Source: Paramoeba atlantica (Eukaryota; Protista; Discosea). Taken from it: 64,000 nt of DNA. This document shows positions 52,201-60,835 of this stretch, one piece after another. The translations under genes were made by a program, and so were the position numbers. The stretch is taken from positions 248,001 through 312,000 of the forward strand of contig CDRNVI010000059.1 of assembly GCA_977017575.1 (NCBI GenBank). The letters run 5' to 3'. The notes under the pieces were generated by a model. The model saw only the letters and a program-made list of their open reading frames with translations. It was not told the DNA's origin and ran no database searches. The stretch's first letter is position 1. Every line of letters starts with the position of its first letter.

Positions 52201-53650
52201 TTCTCGTAAAGTGTCTCACTTGGATTCCTCCGGGACTGAACACATTACGTTATCAGGCCTCTGTGAAGTTCCATTGCTCAGTCTCGTGCTGTGTAGTGGT
52301 AGTGCAGGAGTAGAAGAGACGCCCAGCTCAGAGTTGACAAGAGGAGCGATAAAATCAAATAGCCGAAAACCTCGACAATGTCGTGGGTGGTGGCCGAGTC
52401 CTTTCGATGCGGTCGATCCAGCGGTACAAAGCGTCGTGGCTCCGATCTCACGACACGCAACGTTATCCGAAAGGGAGAGAGAAACCGAAACCTCTCCGTT
52501 TTCTTCCTCTGTGAAAAGCACATGCCCCCGAAATCCTACAGTACCGTGCTACATCCTGGCTCGGACTACAGAGAAGGCTTGGATCCGACTCGACCATGCG
52601 TTGTTAATCGCGGTAGATGCGAGTGCGTTACGGTTGTTGTTTGCGTTACGCAGTACGCTCTATGCTGCCGTGCTGCACTGGCTGGCGTTCTCGCGCAAAC
52701 AAGCCCCCGGGTCGGTACTCCCGGCTCCGTTACGTGACGTGCTCCCGTGGCTGTTGTTTCTTACGCACCGTAACCCGAAAAAGCTTACAGAGTATTTAGC
52801 GGAAATTGGGTTTGTGAACAGTCGTCGACTTTTACAAGACGCCACCGCGCCGATTCATATTATGCCACGCTGGGGTTCGTACTTGTTACGACGGAAAGAA
52901 GAAAAACGTGGAGAAAAAACAGAAGAGCAGAAGGCTGTGGATGCCGCAGAAAGTCAGTCACAGAAAGGAGAAGGCTCTGCCGCGACGACGCGTGTGGGTT
53001 CAATGCCAGAAATCGAAACCGATTCCCTTTCCGCGCCCTTCCCCCAACTGCGTGCAAAAGAGCACGAGCTCATCCATCGCACCGTGGAGATTCTGGTCAA
53101 AAAAGGCACGAAACAATTCGAAATGGAGTTTCGTCGTCGGGTCGCGGACAACCCCTGTTTTCGTTTTCTGCAAGACCACAGCCCCGCCCACCCGCACTAT
53201 TTAACGCTCTATGCCGCGGAACGACGACACGCGGAAGCCAAGATGGATGGAGGCCTGGTTTATCCTCCTGTTGAGGGGGGGAACGAGAATCATCTTTCGG
53301 GGGAAGAACTTCCCCAAATCCAGCTGGAGTACCTCCCCCCTCATCTCGCAGCTGCGTTCGCGCTCACGGCGGTGTCGTCCTCTCCCGCTTTCGCGCATAA
53401 ACCCATGGAATACAATTTAGAGGGCTCCACACTGAATACGGTTTTGCGTTACTACAGTGTGGAGTTTAGCTCGGTACGGCTGCCGAATGCTGCTGTCCAT
53501 CGAGCGCTGCTGCTGCCTCGGAGTTTTGTCCCGATCCGTACCGCCGAGGGGAGGAAACGGGAGGTGCTGCGCGCGTATCGCACAGCGGGGCTGCTGGAGA
53601 GTGATGGGCTCACGGCACGACGCGCCGCGATGCGACGCAGGGGGGAGTGA
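49253..53650 (+). CDS. DEAH/RHA-like helicase homolog with degenerate motifs and a C-terminal SURP-like domain
   Basis: GGKGSGKST, LDEIQ, HA2-like LAPMGRVVAHL, AVVSALYP; LIHRTVEILVKKG.QFEMEF...NPCFRFLQDHSPAHPHY. Confidence 0.75.
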   Translation: MTDTFLTPPPLVSHTRYGTLHATLPFPLSTEELSNAETALKDLPRDVHSADAFLPLTHPDHFTPWNASAYMNSPGHRAPPETPSQIAVGSAITEIVENTRSPCVTIVHGGKGSGKSTWIPLALLNAHSGARVFLVSPFPASCALVASRIVELTGWTMGVEIGIQTSLIDMEIAPTSRLVICTPEMMVRRLQNGCDPHLINSLLVLDEIQTRHPYLDLLLLLAKQFVHVLNHSVVVMAGPMDASSFISRLRAYMESGTEGSCCVVTVADSPIGGHEAFQESLPTEQANETSEKGLNEDIIRAVHASTPEIWDLERLLGMVTKQDDNTSQLFEERLSSFSNLDADFTTICTEVISPVLTTMHCDLAHDNGGFIVVLPDEASCTLVAEHLQSAYIPASQAPLTVFTLHENSTSEHAQEVANATLPYRQSFATPKSETTTPTPPRPRPVLLSTYATLPTLPILLSPTALLLDTCRRTLHRYDPIEDAESHIPTWITLDQLQASAQTLIASNPRHFNAVSSSASNPHSHPNATSSTSASTPSSETASSAPPFTNTTTSSPSATPSPSSASSAPPFTRSTTPSATPSSSIPSAPFTSSTTPSSTPSPSSASSAPPFTRSTPSSSSTPSSSTPSSSSAPSSSSTPSSSSAPSSSSTPSSSSTPSSSTPSSSSTPSSSSSAAAAAAPSSSLSPRPRHLLLLPSPALSATLALESPSHDPIQHTPRLHELILQLYLLTEALRQHSPERVLWQLLRPPGPAAVEAALRGLAQQGLLTPGGAALAPMGRVVAHLGLPVGVARLLVGGLGLGVGRPLLWLAAAAGMPGCEGWRKGGPNRRDGAQPGEGGSMRCDAEVIGGLAQRYLGEMDRVGFCARMGLEAEVMGRITRTASRMERLLQSCGLLGESAGVYVPPLSRSFTGSLGFTGAAHRDREVHSRLVQHAVVSALYPRVCCIERGGSTVFFPHLTTEKREVKVSFDTLAHLSFTDGTVLAYSRKVSHLDSSGTEHITLSGLCEVPLLSLVLCSGSAGVEETPSSELTRGAIKSNSRKPRQCRGWWPSPFDAVDPAVQSVVAPISRHATLSERERETETSPFSSSVKSTCPRNPTVPCYILARTTEKAWIRLDHALLIAVDASALRLLFALRSTLYAAVLHWLAFSRKQAPGSVLPAPLRDVLPWLLFLTHRNPKKLTEYLAEIGFVNSRRLLQDATAPIHIMPRWGSYLLRRKEEKRGEKTEEQKAVDAAESQSQKGEGSAATTRVGSMPEIETDSLSAPFPQLRAKEHELIHRTVEILVKKGTKQFEMEFRRRVADNPCFRFLQDHSPAHPHYLTLYAAERRHAEAKMDGGLVYPPVEGGNENHLSGEELPQIQLEYLPPHLAAAFALTAVSSSPAFAHKPMEYNLEGSTLNTVLRYYSVEFSSVRLPNAAVHRALLLPRSFVPIRTAEGRKREVLRAYRTAGLLESDGLTARRAAMRRRGE

Positions 53651-54041
53651 AAGGGGGGAAGGGGTGGAGTGGAACAATGTAGTTTTATAGTTCAAAGAAG
53701 ATTCTGGGCACAGGATACAAAAGTGCATGTGTTAGGGGGATAGGTGAAAAGGGGATAAAGGATGGGTTAAAGTATAACCCTTTCGTGGCTTGAGAGGACC
53801 GCGGCATGAGTTTTGCATGAGTGGGGCGACACCAAGGCGCGCAAATCAATGCAGAAAAAACTATTGTTTGATGAATAAATTATACGCTTTCTAGTGGATA
53901 TGATAGCAATTTTAAAGTCCTTTCGGTTCTATACTTCTTTCAGCTTGTTTTATAAAATAGTGCTGTAGCGTAGATTACGAAGTATCGCATTACGAGTATT
54001 TAATCTATGATACCTTAACCTCTACACAATAATAGAAACCA

Positions 54042-54644
54042 ATGCAAGGTAATACAAGTATTGATACCTCGTTCCTTAAAGCCCGCCGACGTTTGAAAAT
54101 ACTAATACGCTCTGTCCCTCAAGACCGAACGGTTGAGCTTGAAATTGAAGCGATCTACAAGGCATATCCGAAACTTCAAGAGGAGATACCACGCCCTTCA
54201 TTGCAGGCAAGTGATGCGCTAAGGCAATGCCCATTCTTGAAGAATGAGCAAACTAACTGCACTAATAGTTGCTTTCCTCTGATATTAAATTTACTGAGCA
54301 TGATTTTAAATATACGGCAGTACCTCCTTCAGCTTCCTAGATACACCATTATGAGCGTGGCAGTCTGTTCGATCGCATGCGCAGTGTTAGAGCATGTTAA
54401 TTTCCTTCATGTGGATCTTTCTATTTTGAAGGAAGCATTAAGTGTATATCAGAACCACTTTTACTTCGTTGCTATTTTTCTTTCTTTTACTTTATTTTAT
54501 TTGCTTTGCACAGGATTGCACGGTTCGAGAATATCGTTTATCAGCCTCAAACATGTATCCTTTTTTGCTTTGTCGTGCATTGTTTTCGCATGCGTTAGGA
54601 GACTTGTGCAAGTTCTTCTCGGCATGTATGCGTTACCATTATAA
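54042..54644 (+). CDS. Hypothetical protein with hydrophobic C-terminal half
   Basis: 200-codon ORF in AT-rich DNA; no recognised motif. Confidence 0.4.
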   Translation: MQGNTSIDTSFLKARRRLKILIRSVPQDRTVELEIEAIYKAYPKLQEEIPRPSLQASDALRQCPFLKNEQTNCTNSCFPLILNLLSMILNIRQYLLQLPRYTIMSVAVCSIACAVLEHVNFLHVDLSILKEALSVYQNHFYFVAIFLSFTLFYLLCTGLHGSRISFISLKHVSFFALSCIVFACVRRLVQVLLGMYALPL

Positions 54645-54863
54645 CAAGAGTGGGAAGACGTTGTCTTTGGTGTTGCGACGTACAAAAAACATTCCATGTA
54701 CTACGACGAAGAAGGGGTACTACAGTGTATGGCCGAAGCGATAAGATAGAGAGATGCAGACTCGCTAATGTCCTTTCCCGGAGGGGTGAAGAAAAGAATA
54801 TGCAACAGTTACATAATCCCAAAGAAATAGTAAAAACGTGTACTGTGTTGTTTTTCTCTTTTT

Positions 54864-55781
54864 GTGGGAATCATGTGTGAGTTTTGTTACTACTGTGGAA
54901 AAATTACTTACATTGCAAACAAGAGAACTGAGATTCATCATTTTTTATCATTTATTCCGATGTTCGGCAGTACGATGCTGTTACGGGCCAGCTATGCTGT
55001 CGATGATCAATCGGACCTTCGGCGCGGACGCATTGAAAGTTCCCTTTTGCCCCAGGAGGTATTGCTCTGGCGTTTAACCGAAAATTTAAAAGTACGGCAT
55101 TCGAGTTGGAGGCTTACCAAAAAGAATTTCTTCCGTACCTCCAATGTGTCGCCTTGCACATGGGCGGGCATCGTATGCAACGACAACAAAAGCGTCGTAA
55201 CACTGGATATGTCTGCGGTGTCCCGATACAAAATGGAAGGCAATCTTACTTGGGAAAATTTACCACAAACAATCGTTCACGTCAATGTCGCAAATCAGGG
55301 TCTACAGGGCACAATGGACACACGCCTGTTCCCACCAGGTTTAAATTTTTTTTCTAGCATGGATAACTGGCAATCCGGTCCAATTGATCTCTCTCAGCTT
55401 CCAGTGGGAATCACTATCGTACGGTTTAATAAAAATGCACACACAGAGTATCTTGATCTAACTTCTCTGCCCGATACCCTTCGCCAACTGAACGTTTCCT
55501 CAAATTTATTTATCGGGGAAATCAATCTAGATTCTCTTCCCGCATCGTTACGTCGACTTGAGCTCTCCAACAACCGACTGTACGGAACTCTAGATTTTAA
55601 CGAACTTCACAGACGATATCCGTCAGACATCAGAAAAGATGAGAGTGAAAGACGAAAATTGAAGAACCGATTCGTGCCAACTCTTGCAGTTGACTTAAGT
55701 AATAATTACTTTTATAAATATGTGCCCGAGGGCGTCTTACCGAAGGGTATAACGTACGGTTATCAAAATTTCTCTAATTAA
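54864..55781 (+). CDS. LRR family protein; start uncertain
   Basis: RRGRIESSLLPQE motif, SPCTWAGIVC cap, LRR repeats. Confidence 0.85.
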   Translation: MGIMCEFCYYCGKITYIANKRTEIHHFLSFIPMFGSTMLLRASYAVDDQSDLRRGRIESSLLPQEVLLWRLTENLKVRHSSWRLTKKNFFRTSNVSPCTWAGIVCNDNKSVVTLDMSAVSRYKMEGNLTWENLPQTIVHVNVANQGLQGTMDTRLFPPGLNFFSSMDNWQSGPIDLSQLPVGITIVRFNKNAHTEYLDLTSLPDTLRQLNVSSNLFIGEINLDSLPASLRRLELSNNRLYGTLDFNELHRRYPSDIRKDESERRKLKNRFVPTLAVDLSNNYFYKYVPEGVLPKGITYGYQNFSN

Positions 55782-55842
55782 GACCAATTCAGAGGGGAAG
55801 GGTTGTCTAGATTTCTTACAGTATAGTACAGTGCATAATAAT

Positions 55843-55922
55843 CCTCTACCCCTTATCCTAGCGTTGCTCGGAGACCCCCTTAATTCACCATTGAGGGGAT
55901 TGACTCTTGCCGCGAAGCGGCA
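55843..55922. mobile_element. Left-end fragment of the TAGCGTTGC MITE family
   Basis: CCCCTTATCCTAGCGTTGCTC...GACTCTTGCCGCGAAGCGGC. Confidence 0.65.
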
Positions 55923-56039
55923 CGATATACATTTCGTCTCGACCCCCCCCCCCTGTATTTTGACCCCCTTCAATACTAGTAGTATTATTTGGGTATTTAA
56001 ACCTTCGCGTACGTGAATATGTGCATATTCACATATTTT

Positions 56040-56984
56040 TGACCAACATACCTCAAGGTAAGATGCACAATGCATACTGCCCCATAGCATTACCTTTGTA
56101 GGGTGATGAGTTCGACTCCTTGCAACTTTATCGTCGGGATTCTGTATCATTCGTATCGAATATCTTCGTTACGTGTATCATTCGTATCGAATATCTTTTC
56201 GTCAGAAAAGACTATTATTTTAGAACCACCACTCCAAGTGGAAGCAAAATCAACTCTGTTTTCCTTCTGTCGTGCACTCAAGGCCATTGTAATAGGCCTA
56301 ATAGGATTCGTTTCGAATCCGAGGTCCTTTTCACTCGTGGACACCTGTATCATACCTAAGCCGGAAAAAAAACTGCAAAAAAGTCGATTTTTTTTCACAG
56401 AGTACATTTTTTTCAAAATTGGTACACTTGTTGGTGATTCATGAAGAAGCACCGCCCCCTGTGCTTACCTTCCACGAGGCAGGAGCCTCGTGTGCCCCGA
56501 GATGCGCACGGCACTCGCGATCGATTGAGAGCGACTTACAAAAGTAAGTCCTATAAGACACTCGAAAAGTTTCATAAATTTAGCCCCGGGTCCATTATTG
56601 AAACTTTTCGCTTTTTTTCTGAAGATTAACCGGAAACGTTTAAGAAAGCCTTCCGGGACTATAGTAAACGTTTTCTTTTGGTCAAGGAGGCTAAAGTGCA
56701 TATGACTAAATACTAGAGATTACTTTGCACACCTTTTCCACGTCTTCTGACCTACTTTACTACTGTTCCTCATCCGAAACATTCAAAAAAATGAGCCCAA
56801 AAAAATTGTAATTAGCTTTTTTCACCCCTACCTGGCTAGGGGGGGTAGGGGGTCGCTCGAATGAAAAGGACCTCGGATTCGGAACGATTAGGTCGAAAAA
56901 CGGTGGTATACCAAATATTTCCAAAATCGGACAAAATACAAGACCTGTAGGGGGGGGGGGTAAAAGACGCTGAACACCACTGTA
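56040..56984 (-). mobile_element. Degraded Tc1/IS630-like transposon remnant
   Basis: Minus frames give RPITMALSARQKENRVDFA...IIVFSDEKIF and HHPTKVMLWG; right end reads CACTG|TA. Confidence 0.8.
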
Positions 56985-57131
56985 CAAGTATGTATACTGC
57001 TATGTACATGTGTATTTCTCATTAACATAAGATTTACAATTTATTTCACAGGTTTCCATTTTTTTCTGCTTATCTCGCTCCTCCCGACATAATTTCAACT
57101 GCTACTTCTCATTTACCCCCCTCTCATCCCC

Positions 57132-57926
57132 ATGTCTTCCAGCCACCTCCACCACCACACCCCCCACACCACCCAAAACCAAGGCAACGCCCTAGGCACA
57201 CGCTCCAGCATACGTCTCTGTACACACGGCAAATCCCAAGGCCATGGAGGTGCAATGAAAGATCTTCTCGGTCTCTCCTCCTCCGGTTCTGTCTCAAAAC
57301 CACCTACCCCCTTCTCTCATACACCCTATTCTAACGTTCAGAACGTATCCAGCAACAACAAAGAAGGAACTTTACCCCCGAAGAATACAGATATTGAAAA
57401 CATAAACACAATCTCTTCTTCTTCTTCTCATCCTAACGTGTTGAATACCACAGCAACATGTAGCACGACGCGGTCTCAATCTCACCTCCACCTGTCGTGC
57501 CCCAGTTCCACACAGAACCAGGGGAACGTGTTAGGGGAGCGTCCCTGTGTGAGACGCAATGTGATTGGCACCCGCCATGGTGGGGGGAACGCCATGAAGG
57601 CACTGCTGTCCAATGAGACACTGCAGTGGAAGGGGGAGGGGGAGGGGGAGGGGATGGGCGCGTCAAAGAGCTCCTCCGGGGAGTGGGTGGAGGGGTCGGA
57701 ACCTCTGTATGACCCGGAGGTGGAGGTGAGGAAGACCGAGGGGCGAGGGGCTGTGGAAGACCCGAGAGTTGCGATGGAGAAGGTCGCACGAGGGTTGGAG
57801 AAGATGAAGGATGTGATGCAGACCCCGGAGAAAGGGGGGCTGTCGCAACGGGTTGTGGATGAAGTGCAGAAACGACAGACTCCGGTGAGTCGTACGTTGC
57901 AGACAACGATGGAGTTCTATGGGTAG
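57132..57926 (+). CDS. Hypothetical low-complexity protein with two QNxGNxLxxR motifs
   Basis: TQNQGNALGTRSSIR...GGAMKDLL and TQNQGNVLGERPCVR...GNAMKALL. Confidence 0.65.
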   Translation: MSSSHLHHHTPHTTQNQGNALGTRSSIRLCTHGKSQGHGGAMKDLLGLSSSGSVSKPPTPFSHTPYSNVQNVSSNNKEGTLPPKNTDIENINTISSSSSHPNVLNTTATCSTTRSQSHLHLSCPSSTQNQGNVLGERPCVRRNVIGTRHGGGNAMKALLSNETLQWKGEGEGEGMGASKSSSGEWVEGSEPLYDPEVEVRKTEGRGAVEDPRVAMEKVARGLEKMKDVMQTPEKGGLSQRVVDEVQKRQTPVSRTLQTTMEFYG

Positions 57927-58378
57927 GCACTTATCAGTAGAAAGCGTGAAAAATGAACGTGTTAAAAATTATTGGAGGACGTGTGCATTTCCTGTAGATT
58001 GGCATATTTTTTCTTCAATTTAAATGTTCTAGAATATTGTCACAACTTACTTGTTTCGTTTATTTAGATATCGCTTCACAGACTATAGAATTCCATGAAT
58101 GATATGACTCGCACAAATTTTGAGTGTGTGTCCACTGAGGTTATGCAGGGGGTATAACTGATAACCTCTCGGCTCTGGATTTACATAGATTGCATTCTTA
58201 CTAACGCAAATTTTTTTGTGTGAAGCATTTGGAGTCCTGAAACAAAATCTAGTCTCCAAACACGGTTTGTTTGTTCAAACACTACTAATTTGTCTAATGT
58301 AAATATTTGAAGAAAATCATTTACTCTCTAACTTAATCTTTCACTCTGCTCCGCCTTTTCTTCTCCAGGAGCTTTACC

Positions 58379-60331
58379 ATGCAACGTGAGTTCGAACACA
58401 CTTTGACGAAATTTCACTTTCGTCAACTTACCGCCGCCTTTCCTCCACAGAATCAAGATCAAATCCCCACACATGACCAAAAATGCACCATAAAACCCAC
58501 GTCGCCTGTGGCAAAATCCACCGCTTCCCCCTCCTCCAGTCCCCCTGAGAGCTGTTTTGGCTACGCCCCTCGTGTCCAATCTACCGGTTCTCGATCTAAA
58601 CCTACTGCCCGCCTAACCCCTTTATCTTCCCTCACCCCTGCACTCTCAGGCGAGCACGTCGTGCTACGTGGTCGGGTCCACACGATTCGAGCAAAGGGTC
58701 GTCTTGCTTTTTTACTGCTGCGCTCGTTTACGGAAATCGTCCAAGTGATCTTTGTCGGGGGTGAGCACATCTCCAAACCTTTTCTTCGATTTGTCTCGAA
58801 ACTCCATCCGGAGTCGATTGTGGAGGTTACGGGAATGGTCTCGGTGGCACCGGTGCCGATTGCCAATACCACACAGCCCTCCGTAGAAATTTCAGGCCGT
58901 TCGGTGTTTGTGATCTCGGAAGCTCCAGCGGTGCTTCCTTTTCAACTCGCCGATGCCTCAGGGAGTGAGAAAATGGAAAAAACGGCCGGGACTACAGAAA
59001 GTCGGAGCCCCACCGACAACAAAGAGGAGAACAAAGTTTCGTTATCCGTAAACCCCGAGACCCGGTTGGATCACCGCTGGTTGGACTTGCGTACCCCGGC
59101 CAATCATGCCATCTTTGTGGTCGAAAGTAAAATGCAGCAGTACTTTCGGGAGTACCTCACAAACCCAGAACGGTCGTTCACTGAGATTCATACCCCGAAA
59201 CTGATTGGGACCGCCAGTGAGGGTGGCGCCTCGGTGTTTCGCCTGGACTACTTTGGTCGCAAAGTTTTTCTTGCACAAAGTCCTCAGCTGTATAAGCAGA
59301 TGGCGCTGCAAGGAGATTTGGGGAAAGGCGTGTTTGAGATTGGATCCGTGTTTCGTGCAGAGAACGCGAACACCTACCGACACCTGTGTGAGTTTGTCGG
59401 GCTGGATGTGGAGATGGTGATTCAGGATCACTATAGTGAGTGCCTGGACCTCGCTGAGGATTTGTTTCACACCATGTTTGCAAGGCTGGAGAACGAATGC
59501 GAGGCTTTGTTACGCACCGTACGGGCGCAATTTCCAGTCTCTCCGATAGCGTATGCGGTCCCGGAAAGTGTTATCCATTCACTGGGCGTGGGTATTCTTG
59601 AGGACGGGGTGGAGAGCACTGACCTTTACGGTGCGACTGTTCGCAGCGTAGCAATGCCTTCGCTACGTTTGTCATACCCCAACGCCATAACTCTGTTAAA
59701 TGAAGTCATTATTCGTGTAGAGAGCGCCAAATCATCCACCGAGTCAGAGTCCAAGTCGTTTCTTGAGTCATTAAAAGGTGTTTCCGATGCTTCACATGAT
59801 TTCGTCATTCCTCCCCCCATGGAGGTTACCGAGGACCTCAGCACCACACACGAGAAATTCCTCGGACGCGTCATTAAGCAACGCTACGGGGTAGATTTCT
59901 ATGTCATTGACAAATACCCCCGATCCGTGCGGCCGTTCTATACCATGCCAGCCGTAGCGCTAACTGAGGAGGACACTGACCGCTCGTGTGAGCCTAATTT
60001 GTCTCACGCGCCGATCACAGAATCTTTACAGGTTCAGCATCCTCCATGCTCACGACTGTGGTCCAATAGTTACGACATGTTTCTTCGAGGAGAGGAAATT
60101 TCCAGCGGGGCGCAGCGTATCCATGACCCGAGTCTGTTAACCGCCAGTGCGGCAGGTCGAGGGATTGACCCCAACACCATCGGGGACTACATCCAATCCT
60201 TTGCTCTTGGGGCGTGGCCACACGCAGGGTTTGGTGTCGGGCTGGAGCGCCTCGTGATGCTTTTTCTGGGCTTGAGAAACATTCGACAGACGTCGATGTT
60301 TCCTCGTGACCCCCGGCGGGTGGCGCCGTAG
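58379..60331 (+). CDS. DARS: Aspartyl-tRNA synthetase, eukaryotic cytosolic type
   Basis: LRGRVHTIR, RLDHRWLDLRT, LAQSPQLYKQM, FRAENANTYRHLCEF, EISSGAQRIHD, GVGLER, FPRDP. Confidence 0.97.
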   Translation: MQREFEHTLTKFHFRQLTAAFPPQNQDQIPTHDQKCTIKPTSPVAKSTASPSSSPPESCFGYAPRVQSTGSRSKPTARLTPLSSLTPALSGEHVVLRGRVHTIRAKGRLAFLLLRSFTEIVQVIFVGGEHISKPFLRFVSKLHPESIVEVTGMVSVAPVPIANTTQPSVEISGRSVFVISEAPAVLPFQLADASGSEKMEKTAGTTESRSPTDNKEENKVSLSVNPETRLDHRWLDLRTPANHAIFVVESKMQQYFREYLTNPERSFTEIHTPKLIGTASEGGASVFRLDYFGRKVFLAQSPQLYKQMALQGDLGKGVFEIGSVFRAENANTYRHLCEFVGLDVEMVIQDHYSECLDLAEDLFHTMFARLENECEALLRTVRAQFPVSPIAYAVPESVIHSLGVGILEDGVESTDLYGATVRSVAMPSLRLSYPNAITLLNEVIIRVESAKSSTESESKSFLESLKGVSDASHDFVIPPPMEVTEDLSTTHEKFLGRVIKQRYGVDFYVIDKYPRSVRPFYTMPAVALTEEDTDRSCEPNLSHAPITESLQVQHPPCSRLWSNSYDMFLRGEEISSGAQRIHDPSLLTASAAGRGIDPNTIGDYIQSFALGAWPHAGFGVGLERLVMLFLGLRNIRQTSMFPRDPRRVAP

Positions 60332-60835
60332 AAACAAGCGAAAAGGAGAAGACTTGCTTTGTAGGTATCCAGTTTACGATTTTCGAAGTGACGGGATCCA
60401 TAAAGGTTTTTGTGGCTGAATGAGCTGTTGGGTTGGGCGATTGTTCCGCCTGGGCGAGGACTTCGACGTTCTTTATTATGTCGTGTCTTGTATGCTTCGT
60501 CACAAAGTACTAATAGGAATTCGTATGGAAAGCCGCGAGTTATGTTTCATATAAAGTCGTCTTTACGTTGTCCGTGATTTTATGGTGCTCTCTTTCTTCT
60601 GAAACTCATATTAACCTCAATGTAATTAGGCTAGGATATATTTCAACGCTATTTAGAGCTGCACACATAGTATTTATTTTAACCTTATTTTAATTTTAGA
60701 GGCTTTTAATTGAAGCGAAAAAGTCTGGATCTGACGCATTGCCTTGCTATAAGCTATACATGTAGGAAGAATTTTTATACGGTAGCTACACCTCAAAAAA
60801 AAAGAATTATTTTTGATTGTTGTCAATAGTTAGTT

